IMG/VR virus record: IMGVR_UViG_3300048897_000022
Coordinates: 1 to 39,357 of that record
Reading direction: 5' to 3' (one strand)
DNA from: a virus
Taxonomy: Duplodnaviria; Caudoviricetes
DNA: 39,357 nt
Shown here: in pieces, positions 17,520 to 24,898 of the stretch
Layout: each line of letters starts with the position of its first letter
How positions within the stretch are numbered: position 1 is the first letter of the stretch
Made by a program: the position numbers and the translations under genes
The notes under the pieces: model-generated
Database searches by the model: none
The model's input: only the letters and a program-made list of their open reading frames with translations
What the model was told of the DNA's origin: nothing

Positions 17520-17794
17520 TTGCAGCCCTCAAGTGGGTTGACGTCTTCGCTGGTGCCGAATTCGCCATATGGGTTGTCGTAGTCGTCGTAATAGTCGTTC
17601 ATGTATCCGGCCATTCCGAAGTAGCCGCCGCCCACACTGGCGCCTGCACGACGTTGCGTTGGCGCAGCAGCCTTGCAAGCGTCAACAGTCAAGTGTTCAG
17701 TCTTCCACTTGCCATCAACCTTGTTTGTCTCGCCGGCGCCAGCATCAACCAGCTTGCCGCACTTGCAGCACGAAGCTGCAAATTTGTTTTTCAT
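17516..17794 (-). CDS. Hypothetical protein (CxxC N-terminus, acidic/Tyr C-terminus)
   Basis: GAGG RBS; MKNKFAASCCKCGKLVDAGAG. Confidence 0.65.
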   Translation of the reverse strand: MKNKFAASCCKCGKLVDAGAGETNKVDGKWKTEHLTVDACKAAAPTQRRAGASVGGGYFGMAGYMNDYYDDYDNPYGEFGTSEDVNPLEGCK

Positions 17795-17919
17795 GCTGCA
17801 CCTCGCTGTCGTTGCTGCTGCTCCCACCGCTTGTAAGCCGCCACAGCCTCACGAATGCGGCGCTGCTTCCATTCGTATTCGGCGCGGTCGGCGGCTGCCT
17901 GGTCTTGCTGCTGGCTCAA
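17791..17919 (-). CDS. 42-aa hypothetical protein (TTG start)
   Basis: AAGGAG RBS; ATGA overlap with the next gene. Confidence 0.5.
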   Translation of the reverse strand: MSQQQDQAAADRAEYEWKQRRIREAVAAYKRWEQQQRQRGAA

Positions 17920-17997
17920 TTGGTTCTCCTTGTATGGTTGGCTTTCAGTGCCAAAGCCGCGCCGTGCGCGGCGTGTGGTACTGCTGGGCGAGGTCGG

Positions 17998-18192
17998 TTA
18001 CTTTTGCGGCTCTGCGCGATCACAAGGCTCATCGTCTTGAATGCGAGCGCGCAAGAACTGCTGCCTATTCAATTTCGGGTATTTTTCAAACTCCGAGCGT
18101 TCAGCATCAGAAAAGTGCAAGTGACCACTCTTGCTATTCTCCGATTCTTTGATACGGAAATTTACCTCTATGACTTTGTTTTCGACTTTCAT
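17998..18192 (-). CDS. Hypothetical protein
   Basis: AAGGA RBS; 64 aa. Confidence 0.55.
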   Translation of the reverse strand: MKVENKVIEVNFRIKESENSKSGHLHFSDAERSEFEKYPKLNRQQFLRARIQDDEPCDRAEPQK

Positions 18193-18226
18193 GATTTCCT
18201 TTCGATGATGCGCCTCGAAGGGCGCG

Positions 18227-18709
18227 TTAGATTCCTACTGGGTTCAATACTGCGAATTCGCCAAAGTGCTTGATCGCTGCCTTGTTGTAAGCATGCGCCG
18301 CTTCGTCCACGGTGTCATGCGTGCCCAGGTCGTAGCGCTCGCCGTCGAACGTGATGCGCGCCTGAAATTTACCGGAGCGATGGGCGCGCACTCCCTTGGC
18401 CTGGATAGGCTTGCCTTCCATCCCTTTACGATTCCAGTTGTTCTGTTGATTGGTCGCTGGGCGCAGATTCTCGATGCGGTTGTTATCCCGTTTGCCGTCG
18501 CGATGGTCGATGCGCACTCGCGGCAATTCCCCGTGCACGTAAAGCCATGCCATATGATGCGCGAAGAATCGTCGTTCGCCCACCATCACGTACACGTAGC
18601 CTTTCACGCTTGGGTGGCCGACCTCCTGCCCATGTCGGCCTGTGAATACGCCCGTTTCCGGGTCGTATTCCAGGTGATGCATCAGTTCTTTTTGAGTGAT
18701 CGTGTTCAT
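18227..18709 (-). CDS. HNH endonuclease with AP2 domain
   Basis: YDPETGVF...IDHRDGKRDNNRIENLR...N; KGV...FQARI...LG...AAHAYNKAAIKHFGEFA. Confidence 0.9.
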   Translation of the reverse strand: MNTITQKELMHHLEYDPETGVFTGRHGQEVGHPSVKGYVYVMVGERRFFAHHMAWLYVHGELPRVRIDHRDGKRDNNRIENLRPATNQQNNWNRKGMEGKPIQAKGVRAHRSGKFQARITFDGERYDLGTHDTVDEAAHAYNKAAIKHFGEFAVLNPVGI

Positions 18710-18724
18710 GTCGGCACGGGGTTG

Positions 18725-18934
18725 TTAGGCGATTTTGCGAACTTCAATTTGATAGGTAGGCGTGCCGTTTTCATTGACGGTTACAACGTTTCCAGGTTCA
18801 ACAAAGTCAATGATTGCCTTAAGGCAGTCGCTAGTAACGTCTTGCGGGTTGCCGGTGAAGGCATTGCCCGCTTTGTTCACTTTTCCAGCGTTAATGCGCT
18901 TGGCCAGTGCAGTGCATGCAATTCGAATGTTCAT
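18725..18934 (-). CDS. Hypothetical protein
   Basis: 69-aa ORF with DVTSDCLKA motif in the leftward operon. Confidence 0.6.
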   Translation of the reverse strand: MNIRIACTALAKRINAGKVNKAGNAFTGNPQDVTSDCLKAIIDFVEPGNVVTVNENGTPTYQIEVRKIA

Positions 18935-18944
18935 AAATTCTTCC

Positions 18945-18965
18945 AAATAGCCCGCCGAAGCGGGC
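18945..18965 (-). terminator. UUCG-capped hairpin / weak terminator after the first leftward gene
   Basis: Minus strand gcccgc-TTCG-gcgggc-tattt. Confidence 0.5.
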
Positions 18966-18973
18966 CGCAAGTT

Positions 18974-19114
18974 TTAGGCTACGCTGAACAGCAGCATGGT
19001 CACGGAACGGCGGATTACTTCGTCGCCGTTAGCGATTGCGGCGGTGACTTCTGCGGCGGTCGTCTTAGCCAGCTCAGCGTAAGTTTCGATTGCCAGTTTC
19101 AATGCTGCATCCAT
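18974..19114 (-). CDS. 46-aa first gene of the leftward operon (not in ORF track)
   Basis: AAGGGA RBS; MDAALKLAIETYAELAKTTAAEV... Confidence 0.6.
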   Translation of the reverse strand: MDAALKLAIETYAELAKTTAAEVTAAIANGDEVIRRSVTMLLFSVA

Positions 19115-19164
19115 TTTGATTCCCTTTCATTCCCGCCGCGCTGAATTGCGCTGCCATGTAGAGA

Positions 19165-19193
19165 ACTATACTCCTGTGCTTTTTGCGAGTCAA
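19165..19193 (-). promoter_or_regulatory. Leftward early promoter (PL-like)
   Basis: TTGACT (19193-19188), 17 nt spacer, TATAGT (19170-19165). Confidence 0.85.
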
Positions 19194-19237
19194 CCAATTT
19201 ATGTAAAAATTTCTTCATGATAGGTTGAATAAAGTTC

Positions 19238-19266
19238 TTGCTCAATTCATCCGAGTAGGTTAATCT
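19238..19266 (+). promoter_or_regulatory. Rightward early promoter (PR-like)
   Basis: TTGCTC, 17 nt spacer, TAATCT, upstream of the Cro-like gene. Confidence 0.6.
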
Positions 19267-19299
19267 ACCAATACCAACTCACCAACCGAAAGGAAAGAC

Positions 19300-19527
19300 A
19301 TGGCAACGAAACAGGAAATCGATATCCGCGCAGAAGTCCGTGCGCATATCGCAAGGAAGTACAAGACACAGAGCGCAGCTGCTAAGGCGTGGGGCTATTC
19401 CAACGCCTATGTTTCTGCTGTGCTTTGCGGTAAAAAGATGATGCCTGATGTAATGGCAAACGAGGCCGGCTATGAGCTTGTTCAGGCCGCCGCTGAATGG
19501 CATAAGATTAAAAAGGTGACGAAATGA
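19300..19527 (+). CDS. Cro-like HTH regulator
   Basis: TQSAAAKAWGYSNAYVSAVLCG XRE-type HTH; first rightward gene. Confidence 0.75.
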   Translation: MATKQEIDIRAEVRAHIARKYKTQSAAAKAWGYSNAYVSAVLCGKKMMPDVMANEAGYELVQAAAEWHKIKKVTK

Positions 19528-19724
19528 AGCCGAAGCTGACGCCGTGGTTTTCGGCAAAGGTGAAGCCTGTGCGCGTGGGAGAGTACCAATGCAAAGACAG
19601 CGCATATCCAACGTGGTTGTGGGATGGGGTTGTCTGGCGGTGCCCCCAATTTGGGAATGTCTGTTCCCAGCAAGATCGAATTTGGCGCGGCCTTGCCGAA
19701 GACCCTGCAAAGGCTACGCCGTGA
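19524..19724 (+). CDS. Hypothetical protein
   Basis: LTPWF..VKPVRVGEY...WRGL small phage module. Confidence 0.7.
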   Translation: MKPKLTPWFSAKVKPVRVGEYQCKDSAYPTWLWDGVVWRCPQFGNVCSQQDRIWRGLAEDPAKATP

Positions 19725-20185
19725 GAGCGAAATTCCCCACGCGCACAATCCTCCTGCGCACAGAGCAGCAGCGAGAGCAGGCGCTTGCGCTGTTGCGGAA
19801 TGTGCCGCTGGACGCTGCAAAGCCGCTGGAGCTGGTGGTGAGCGAGCAGCAGAAGAAGCGCGGCCCCGACGCCAATAGCTTGATGTGGGCTGGCCCACTG
19901 CGCGACCTGGCCGAGCAAGGATGGCTTGAGCAGCGCCGCTATAGCGCCGAAGCCTGGCATGAGCTGGCGAAGCGCGAGTTTCTGCCAGAGGAATACGACC
20001 CCGAGCTATGCCTGAAAGGCTATCGCAAATGGGAAACATTGCCGGGCAGTGACGAGCGTATTCTGGTGGGCAGCACGACCATGCTCACCGTCAAAGGCAT
20101 GGCTCTGCATATCGAGCAGCTTCACGCCCTGGGTGGATCGCTGGGCGTCCAATTCCACGCAAATCCTAACGAGAGGTTTTCATGA
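19721..20185 (+). CDS. ninB: NinB/Orf-like recombination protein
   Basis: GTG start overlapping upstream stop; KKRGPDANSLMW...AEAWHE...GSTTMLTV...IEQLHA. Confidence 0.7.
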   Translation: MRAKFPTRTILLRTEQQREQALALLRNVPLDAAKPLELVVSEQQKKRGPDANSLMWAGPLRDLAEQGWLEQRRYSAEAWHELAKREFLPEEYDPELCLKGYRKWETLPGSDERILVGSTTMLTVKGMALHIEQLHALGGSLGVQFHANPNERFS

Positions 20186-20463
20186 CACTGAGGATAAAAA
20201 AGCCGGGCGTTGTGTTCATCAATGGAAACAGAATCACAATCTCCCACTTCAGTTTCGATACAGACGGGAGGGCAGAGGACGTGACCCAAGACGAAATTAC
20301 CGCATGCGCGCGTGATTACGTTATGCAGCAGTTCGCAAAGGTTCTCGGCACATCGGTGCCGGCCATTGAAGAATGCTCCGTTTCGCCTGTCAGCATGGCC
20401 TCTGAGCGCGAAGCCGAAATGGAAGCGTACCTGCTTATCAACCGTTGCCAAGATAACTCATAG
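20182..20463 (+). CDS. Hypothetical protein
   Basis: ATGA-coupled ORF. Confidence 0.6.
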   Translation: MTLRIKKPGVVFINGNRITISHFSFDTDGRAEDVTQDEITACARDYVMQQFAKVLGTSVPAIEECSVSPVSMASEREAEMEAYLLINRCQDNS

Positions 20464-20471
20464 GAGAAAAC

Positions 20472-20657
20472 ATGCTTGACTCAACCGACATCACCGCATT
20501 GCAAGCACTGCCGGCCGACATCCCGCGCACGCTGGTCGCCATCAGCGAAGACCCGCGCGCCGCTGAACTGGTTGCCCTGTTCAACAAAGCCGACGAACGC
20601 GGCAAGCACTGCATGATCGCTATGGCGCGCTGCATGCCCTGCATGAGGGGTGGCTGA
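20472..20657 (+). CDS. Hypothetical protein
   Basis: AGGAG RBS. Confidence 0.6.
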   Translation: MLDSTDITALQALPADIPRTLVAISEDPRAAELVALFNKADERGKHCMIAMARCMPCMRGG

Positions 20658-21064
20658 TGCTGGCTCGCAAAAAGCCCCTGGCCAGGTCCGGCTTCAAGCC
20701 CGCAGTATTCGGCGCCGTGCGCGCAACTGGCAAGCTAAGGTCGAAGCGGATGAAGTCGGCCAGCCAGAAGATGACGCCAATTCGGAAGAGCGCCAAGGGT
20801 GAGGAATGCACGCTGCGTATCCCTGGCGTATGCAACGGAGACAACAGCACTGTGGTTTGGTGTCACAGCAACAATATCCGAGACGGGAAAGGCATGGGCC
20901 TCAAGTCGCGCGATGAAGAGGGCTGCTATGGCTGTTCATCTTGCCATGCATGGATTGATGGTGGTTATGTAAAGGATGGTCCAAGGCATTGGATGGAGCA
21001 ATATTTTGACTTAGCACGCGCTGAAAGCCAAGCAATTCTAAAACGAAAAGGACTTATGAAATGA
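20657..21064 (+). CDS. DUF1364/YbcO-like zinc-binding nuclease-fold protein
   Basis: SAKGEECTLRIPGVCNGD.STVVWCH...KGMGLK...GCSSCH. Confidence 0.85.
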   Translation: MLARKKPLARSGFKPAVFGAVRATGKLRSKRMKSASQKMTPIRKSAKGEECTLRIPGVCNGDNSTVVWCHSNNIRDGKGMGLKSRDEEGCYGCSSCHAWIDGGYVKDGPRHWMEQYFDLARAESQAILKRKGLMK

Positions 21065-21354
21065 ATACAAAAGCTGAAAATGCAATTGACCCATTACAGC
21101 CTGAGTATTGGAACAAGCCTTTATGGTTTGTGTATGGTAGCGAAGCATGGCCGATGGTCCTTTGCGCAATGATAAAAAATAATGCTGGTGTGAATATCTG
21201 GGGTTACAGCGTATGGAAACGCCAGCCTGGGTTTCGAACCTTGGGGCAGGATGCGGGAGCTTGGATTAATCGCGAGGACGCAGTTGCTTTTGCTGATCAA
21301 CAGCACATGCTTGATTATCTCAAAAAGATCACGACCCCAAAGGTGAAGCATTGA
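21061..21354 (+). CDS. Hypothetical protein (AT-richer)
   Basis: ATGA-coupled ORF. Confidence 0.6.
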   Translation: MNTKAENAIDPLQPEYWNKPLWFVYGSEAWPMVLCAMIKNNAGVNIWGYSVWKRQPGFRTLGQDAGAWINREDAVAFADQQHMLDYLKKITTPKVKH

Positions 21355-21668
21355 GAGCCGCAAAAATAGACGCCAACCAGCCTGAAATCGTCCAGGCGCT
21401 GCGCAAAGCCGGTGCCAGCGTCCAACCCTTGCACACGGTCGGATGCGGCGTCCCTGACCTGCTATGCGGCCTTCCTGGCGTGTCATTTCTGGTCGAGGTG
21501 AAAGACGGTGCAAAGCCGCCCAGCGCGCAGAAGCTGACGCCAGATCAGGAAAAGTGGCATGCCGCCTGGAAGGGTCCAGTATTCATCGTGCGCGATGTTG
21601 CGCAAGCGCTACACCTTTTGGCTGATATCAAAGCCAACCAACTATTGAAGGAAATTTCCAAGTGGTGA
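21351..21668 (+). CDS. VRR-NUC-like PD-(D/E)xK nuclease
   Basis: DANQPEIV...GVPDLL...LVEVK...LTPDQEKW. Confidence 0.8.
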   Translation: MRAAKIDANQPEIVQALRKAGASVQPLHTVGCGVPDLLCGLPGVSFLVEVKDGAKPPSAQKLTPDQEKWHAAWKGPVFIVRDVAQALHLLADIKANQLLKEISKW

Positions 21669-22138
21669 TCGCAAAGAAAATTTCATATGAGGAGGTATCT
21701 AAGGTCTTCTCATATGACCCAGAAACTGGGAATCTTATTTGGATAAAAAATTTCCACTCTCCGCGAATAGGAACGGTGGCAGGAACCAAAGACTGGCGTG
21801 GATACGTCTATGTATCTTGGGGAAGAAAGCGATATCACGCGGCTAGAATCATATGGGTGCTAGTCCATGGCTCTATTGATGACTCTCTTGTTATTGACCA
21901 TATAAATAGGAACCCATCAGATAATCGGATATCAAATCTTAGGCTTGTTACGCAAGCAATAAATGTGAGCAACAGGAGTGGTAGGAGATCATCTGGGTAT
22001 AGGCGTGATCCTAAATTTTATACGAAGCATCGGAGCGGTAAATTTCAGGTGCTTGTGAAAGGGAAATACATTGGTCTGGTTGACTCTGAGGATGAGGCCA
22101 AACTGTTGGTAAATAAAACTTTGGAGCAAATGCCATGA
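21662..22138 (+). CDS. HNH endonuclease
   Basis: YDPETG...IDHINRNPSDNRISNLR...N; AT-richer. Confidence 0.9.
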   Translation: MVIAKKISYEEVSKVFSYDPETGNLIWIKNFHSPRIGTVAGTKDWRGYVYVSWGRKRYHAARIIWVLVHGSIDDSLVIDHINRNPSDNRISNLRLVTQAINVSNRSGRRSSGYRRDPKFYTKHRSGKFQVLVKGKYIGLVDSEDEAKLLVNKTLEQMP

Positions 22139-22260
22139 ACCACGACGAAGACGAAGACCTGTGCATGTTCGACCCTGGAAGCTGGCAGATTGCGCTGGCG
22201 TGCGCGCTGGTGGCTGTGGTGCTTCTGCTGGCCGGTGTGGTGCTGAAGGAGGTGCTGTGA
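22135..22260 (+). CDS. 41-aa single-TM peptide
   Basis: MNHDEDEDLCMFDPGSWQIALACALVAVVLLLAGVVLKEVL; overlaps both neighbours. Confidence 0.55.
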   Translation: MNHDEDEDLCMFDPGSWQIALACALVAVVLLLAGVVLKEVL

Positions 22261-22913
22261 ATCCTGTGATTATTGGCGATGCCACGCTGTACCTAGGCGA
22301 CTGTGCCGAAATCCTGCCGGCATTGAAAGCTGACGCAATTTGCAGCGATCCACCGTATGGATTAGGCGACAAGATGACAGGTGGAACAAAGCTTTTTCAG
22401 ACTGGTGAGGGCGGTATGCAAACTCTTGGCGCATGGGATGCGCAGCCGGTACCTGGATTGCTGGAAATGTTGCAGCCAGTTGCGCCCATTTTGATGCTAT
22501 GGGGCGGGAATTATTATTCGGTACCGGCCTCGCGTGGATGGCTGGTATGGGTCAAGATTAACGGCCTGCAGACTATGGCAAGCGTTGAGCTCTGCTGGAC
22601 GAATATCGACATGAACAGTAAGCATTTCCTTCATCCTGTAAATGGATGGCAGCGAGATCATCCAACTCAAAAACCGGTCGACCTGATGCACTGGTGCCTA
22701 TCATTTATTCCAAAGGCGGAGACGATTCTCGACCCATTCATGGGAAGTGGAACTACGGGCGTGGCGGCTGTCATGTCTGGCAGGAAGTTTATCGGCATCG
22801 AGCGCAAGGAAAAGTATTTTGATGCTGCCTGCAAGCGTATCGAACGCGCCATCGCTCAGGGCCAACTTTTCGCACCTGAACCCATCAAACAAGTACAGGA
22901 GTCCCTACTATGA
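22257..22913 (+). CDS. Orphan DNA amino-methyltransferase (N6A/N4C, beta class)
   Basis: DPPY before HPTQKP and LDPFMGSGTTG; GTG start with AGGAGG RBS. Confidence 0.9.
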   Translation: MNPVIIGDATLYLGDCAEILPALKADAICSDPPYGLGDKMTGGTKLFQTGEGGMQTLGAWDAQPVPGLLEMLQPVAPILMLWGGNYYSVPASRGWLVWVKINGLQTMASVELCWTNIDMNSKHFLHPVNGWQRDHPTQKPVDLMHWCLSFIPKAETILDPFMGSGTTGVAAVMSGRKFIGIERKEKYFDAACKRIERAIAQGQLFAPEPIKQVQESLL

Positions 22914-23068
22914 TGCACTCATACGAAAACCGCACCTGGCGCACCGAGCGGCGCCGCGCATGGCCCCGCATCCTCGGCTGGGTCGTGGCTGTCATTCCGT
23001 TCATTCTGTTGATGGCAGCAGTTTTTTACGGCGAATGGTTCATGGAGTACTTGCGGAAGCTGCAATGA
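22910..23068 (+). CDS. 52-aa single-TM peptide
   Basis: ATGA overlap; ILGWVVAVIPFILLMAAVFY. Confidence 0.55.
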   Translation: MMHSYENRTWRTERRRAWPRILGWVVAVIPFILLMAAVFYGEWFMEYLRKLQ

Positions 23069-23084
23069 TGGACTAATATGCACG

Positions 23085-23239
23085 CATCAGTACCGGCAAG
23101 TGCTGATGACGAAGAAACATTGACAGTGTAGTAGCCCAGAATTTTTAGGAGTGCCGACAAAATCGGTTGCGCGTGTTCACTGTCCGCGTGTAACCGAGGC
23201 TTGCCGGCCCGGCACCCCTAAGTGTTCTGGGCTTTTTTT
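23085..23239 (+). ncRNA. c4/CI-like antisense/attenuator RNA element (rightward operon)
   Basis: About 100-nt interrupted stem 23133-23233 plus T7; loop CACTGTC and bulge CTTGCCGG complementary to upstream GACAGTG and CCGGCAAG. Confidence 0.75.
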
Positions 23240-23491
23240 CGTCTGTACTTGCTGTGCTGCATGCTCCGCACTTCCCGAGGGAGCAGCTACGCGAACAAGG
23301 TAGTGGGTGGCCCAGTTCATCGGGTTGGCTGAAAGGCCGGGGTTTGTTCAGGGGTATGTGTCCGTGGCTCGTCTCACAGGCAGTACCAAGCTTCTTTACC
23401 CTTGGGGGGTATGGGGGGCTTTGGGGATCGGAGCCGGGTCTGAACTCTAGGCAATAACGAAAAGCAGTTAAATGTAGATAAGAGGAATTTA

Positions 23492-23722
23492 ATGAATCTT
23501 AAAGAATACTGGCGTCAGAACTTCCACTTGAGCGGTTACGGGATAACGAAAATCGCTTGCCACGCTATCGGCATGAATTGGCCGCCGCAAAAAGGATGGC
23601 TAAAGCACAAAGGCCACATCAAAATGACGCCGGAATTGATCGAAATTTTCGAGCGTCATATTCCTGAAGACGTATTGCGCGACCGCAAAGACAAGGCATC
23701 GAAAGGGATCAAATGGAACTGA
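23492..23722 (+). CDS. Hypothetical protein
   Basis: GAGG RBS; WPPQKGWL motif. Confidence 0.65.
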   Translation: MNLKEYWRQNFHLSGYGITKIACHAIGMNWPPQKGWLKHKGHIKMTPELIEIFERHIPEDVLRDRKDKASKGIKWN

Positions 23723-24396
23723 CGATTTCTGCACAACAGAAGACCATGACAAGCCGCGAGATTGCGGATTTGGTCGAGTCCCGGCACGCAGATGTGTGCA
23801 TCTGCATTGAGCGCCTGATGGCGACTGGCGCGATTCAGGGGTATGCGGCAATGCCGTACACCCATCCTCAGAATGGCCAGCAGTACCGCGAATACCATAT
23901 CGGGCAGCGTGACAGCTATGTGATCGTTGCTCAGCTTTCGCCGCAGTTCACTGCGCGCCTTGTAGATCGCTGGCAAGAACTTGAGCAGGCCGCAAGCAAG
24001 CCGCGCGAACTGACCCGCATGGAGTTAATCCAGATCGCCATGGATGCGGAGAAGGAGAATATCCAACTGCGCGCTGACTTGGCCATGGCGGCGCCGGCTG
24101 TGGAGTTCGTTGGCCGTTACGTCGAAAGCGAAACCGGCAGCATGGGCTTTCGCCAGGTCTGCAAGCTGCTGAAAGCCAAGGAGCCGGAATTCCGCGCCTT
24201 CCTGCATGACAACCAGATCATGTACAAGCTTGGTGGCGAGTGGGTGCCCTACGCTGCGCACATCGACGCCGGCCGCTTTGAAGTGAAGACCGGGACTGCC
24301 AATGAACATGCTTACTCGCAATCGAAGTTCACGCCAAAGGGCGTCGAATGGATTGCCGGTGAGTGGGCCAAGCACCAGATCAAGGAGGTGGCATGA
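23713..24396 (+). CDS. Rha-N + ANT/KilAC antirepressor-like protein
   Basis: TMTSREIADLVESRH...FTARLVDRWQELE; C-terminal FRQVCKLL...KFTPKGVEWI. Confidence 0.85.
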   Translation: MELTISAQQKTMTSREIADLVESRHADVCICIERLMATGAIQGYAAMPYTHPQNGQQYREYHIGQRDSYVIVAQLSPQFTARLVDRWQELEQAASKPRELTRMELIQIAMDAEKENIQLRADLAMAAPAVEFVGRYVESETGSMGFRQVCKLLKAKEPEFRAFLHDNQIMYKLGGEWVPYAAHIDAGRFEVKTGTANEHAYSQSKFTPKGVEWIAGEWAKHQIKEVA

Positions 24397-24701
24397 GAGT
24401 CCTTCCTGACTGGGTCCCGGCCGAAGCCTGGGACGGCTACGTAGACATGCGCAAGAAGATCCGGAAGCCGATGACCGATCGCGCAATCTCTCTGGCGGTG
24501 AATACGCTGACGAAGCTGCGCGACGAAGGCTACGAGCCTGGCGCGGTGTTGGATCAGTCGGTGATGAACTCTTGGCAGGGCCTGTTCCCAATCCAAGAAG
24601 ACCGCCGCACTCAGCGCGCCCAATCGGTAAAACTTAGCCCCCTGAGTAAGACCGGCCAAGCGACCGCCAATAACCTGCTGGCATGGCTGGAGGAAGCATG
24701 A
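24393..24701 (+). CDS. Replication-initiator C-terminal-domain-only protein
   Basis: LPDWVPAEAW..YVDMRKKI.KPMT...VLDQSVMNSWQGLF resembles the C-domain of lambdoid initiators; own AAGGAGG RBS. Confidence 0.65.
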   Translation: MRVLPDWVPAEAWDGYVDMRKKIRKPMTDRAISLAVNTLTKLRDEGYEPGAVLDQSVMNSWQGLFPIQEDRRTQRAQSVKLSPLSKTGQATANNLLAWLEEA

Positions 24702-24898
24702 AAGTTCGACAGGAATTCATTAATAAGTGGAATGATGACAGTGAGGCATGGTCGCATCTTAATGCGAACTTCATTGATAATCGTGGGCTAATTTCTCCTA
24801 AAGAAGGACATATACCTAGCGAGGAAGATATGGGCGCGATCATATATCTTTGCTATGAGTGGGATTATGGTTATGAGGGGCATAGTAATGCTGGATAG
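24698..24898 (+). CDS. Hypothetical protein (AT-richer insert)
   Basis: GGAGG RBS, ATGA overlap. Confidence 0.6.
   Translation: MKVRQEFINKWNDDSEAWSHLNANFIDNRGLISPKEGHIPSEEDMGAIIYLCYEWDYGYEGHSNAG

Noticed and set aside
22257-22913. Restriction-modification system
   Set aside because: No cognate restriction enzyme; the neighbouring HNH and VRR-NUC are ordinary phage types, and orphan methylases are common in nin regions
23120-23148. Perfect TTGACA as a promoter -35 box
   Set aside because: No acceptable -10 at 16-18 nt; the hexamer overlaps the a1 pairing element, which explains it better
23254-23457. 67-aa ORF as a real protein
   Set aside because: GTG start without an RBS, and a G/W/P composition dictated by G-runs; more likely non-coding, though not excluded
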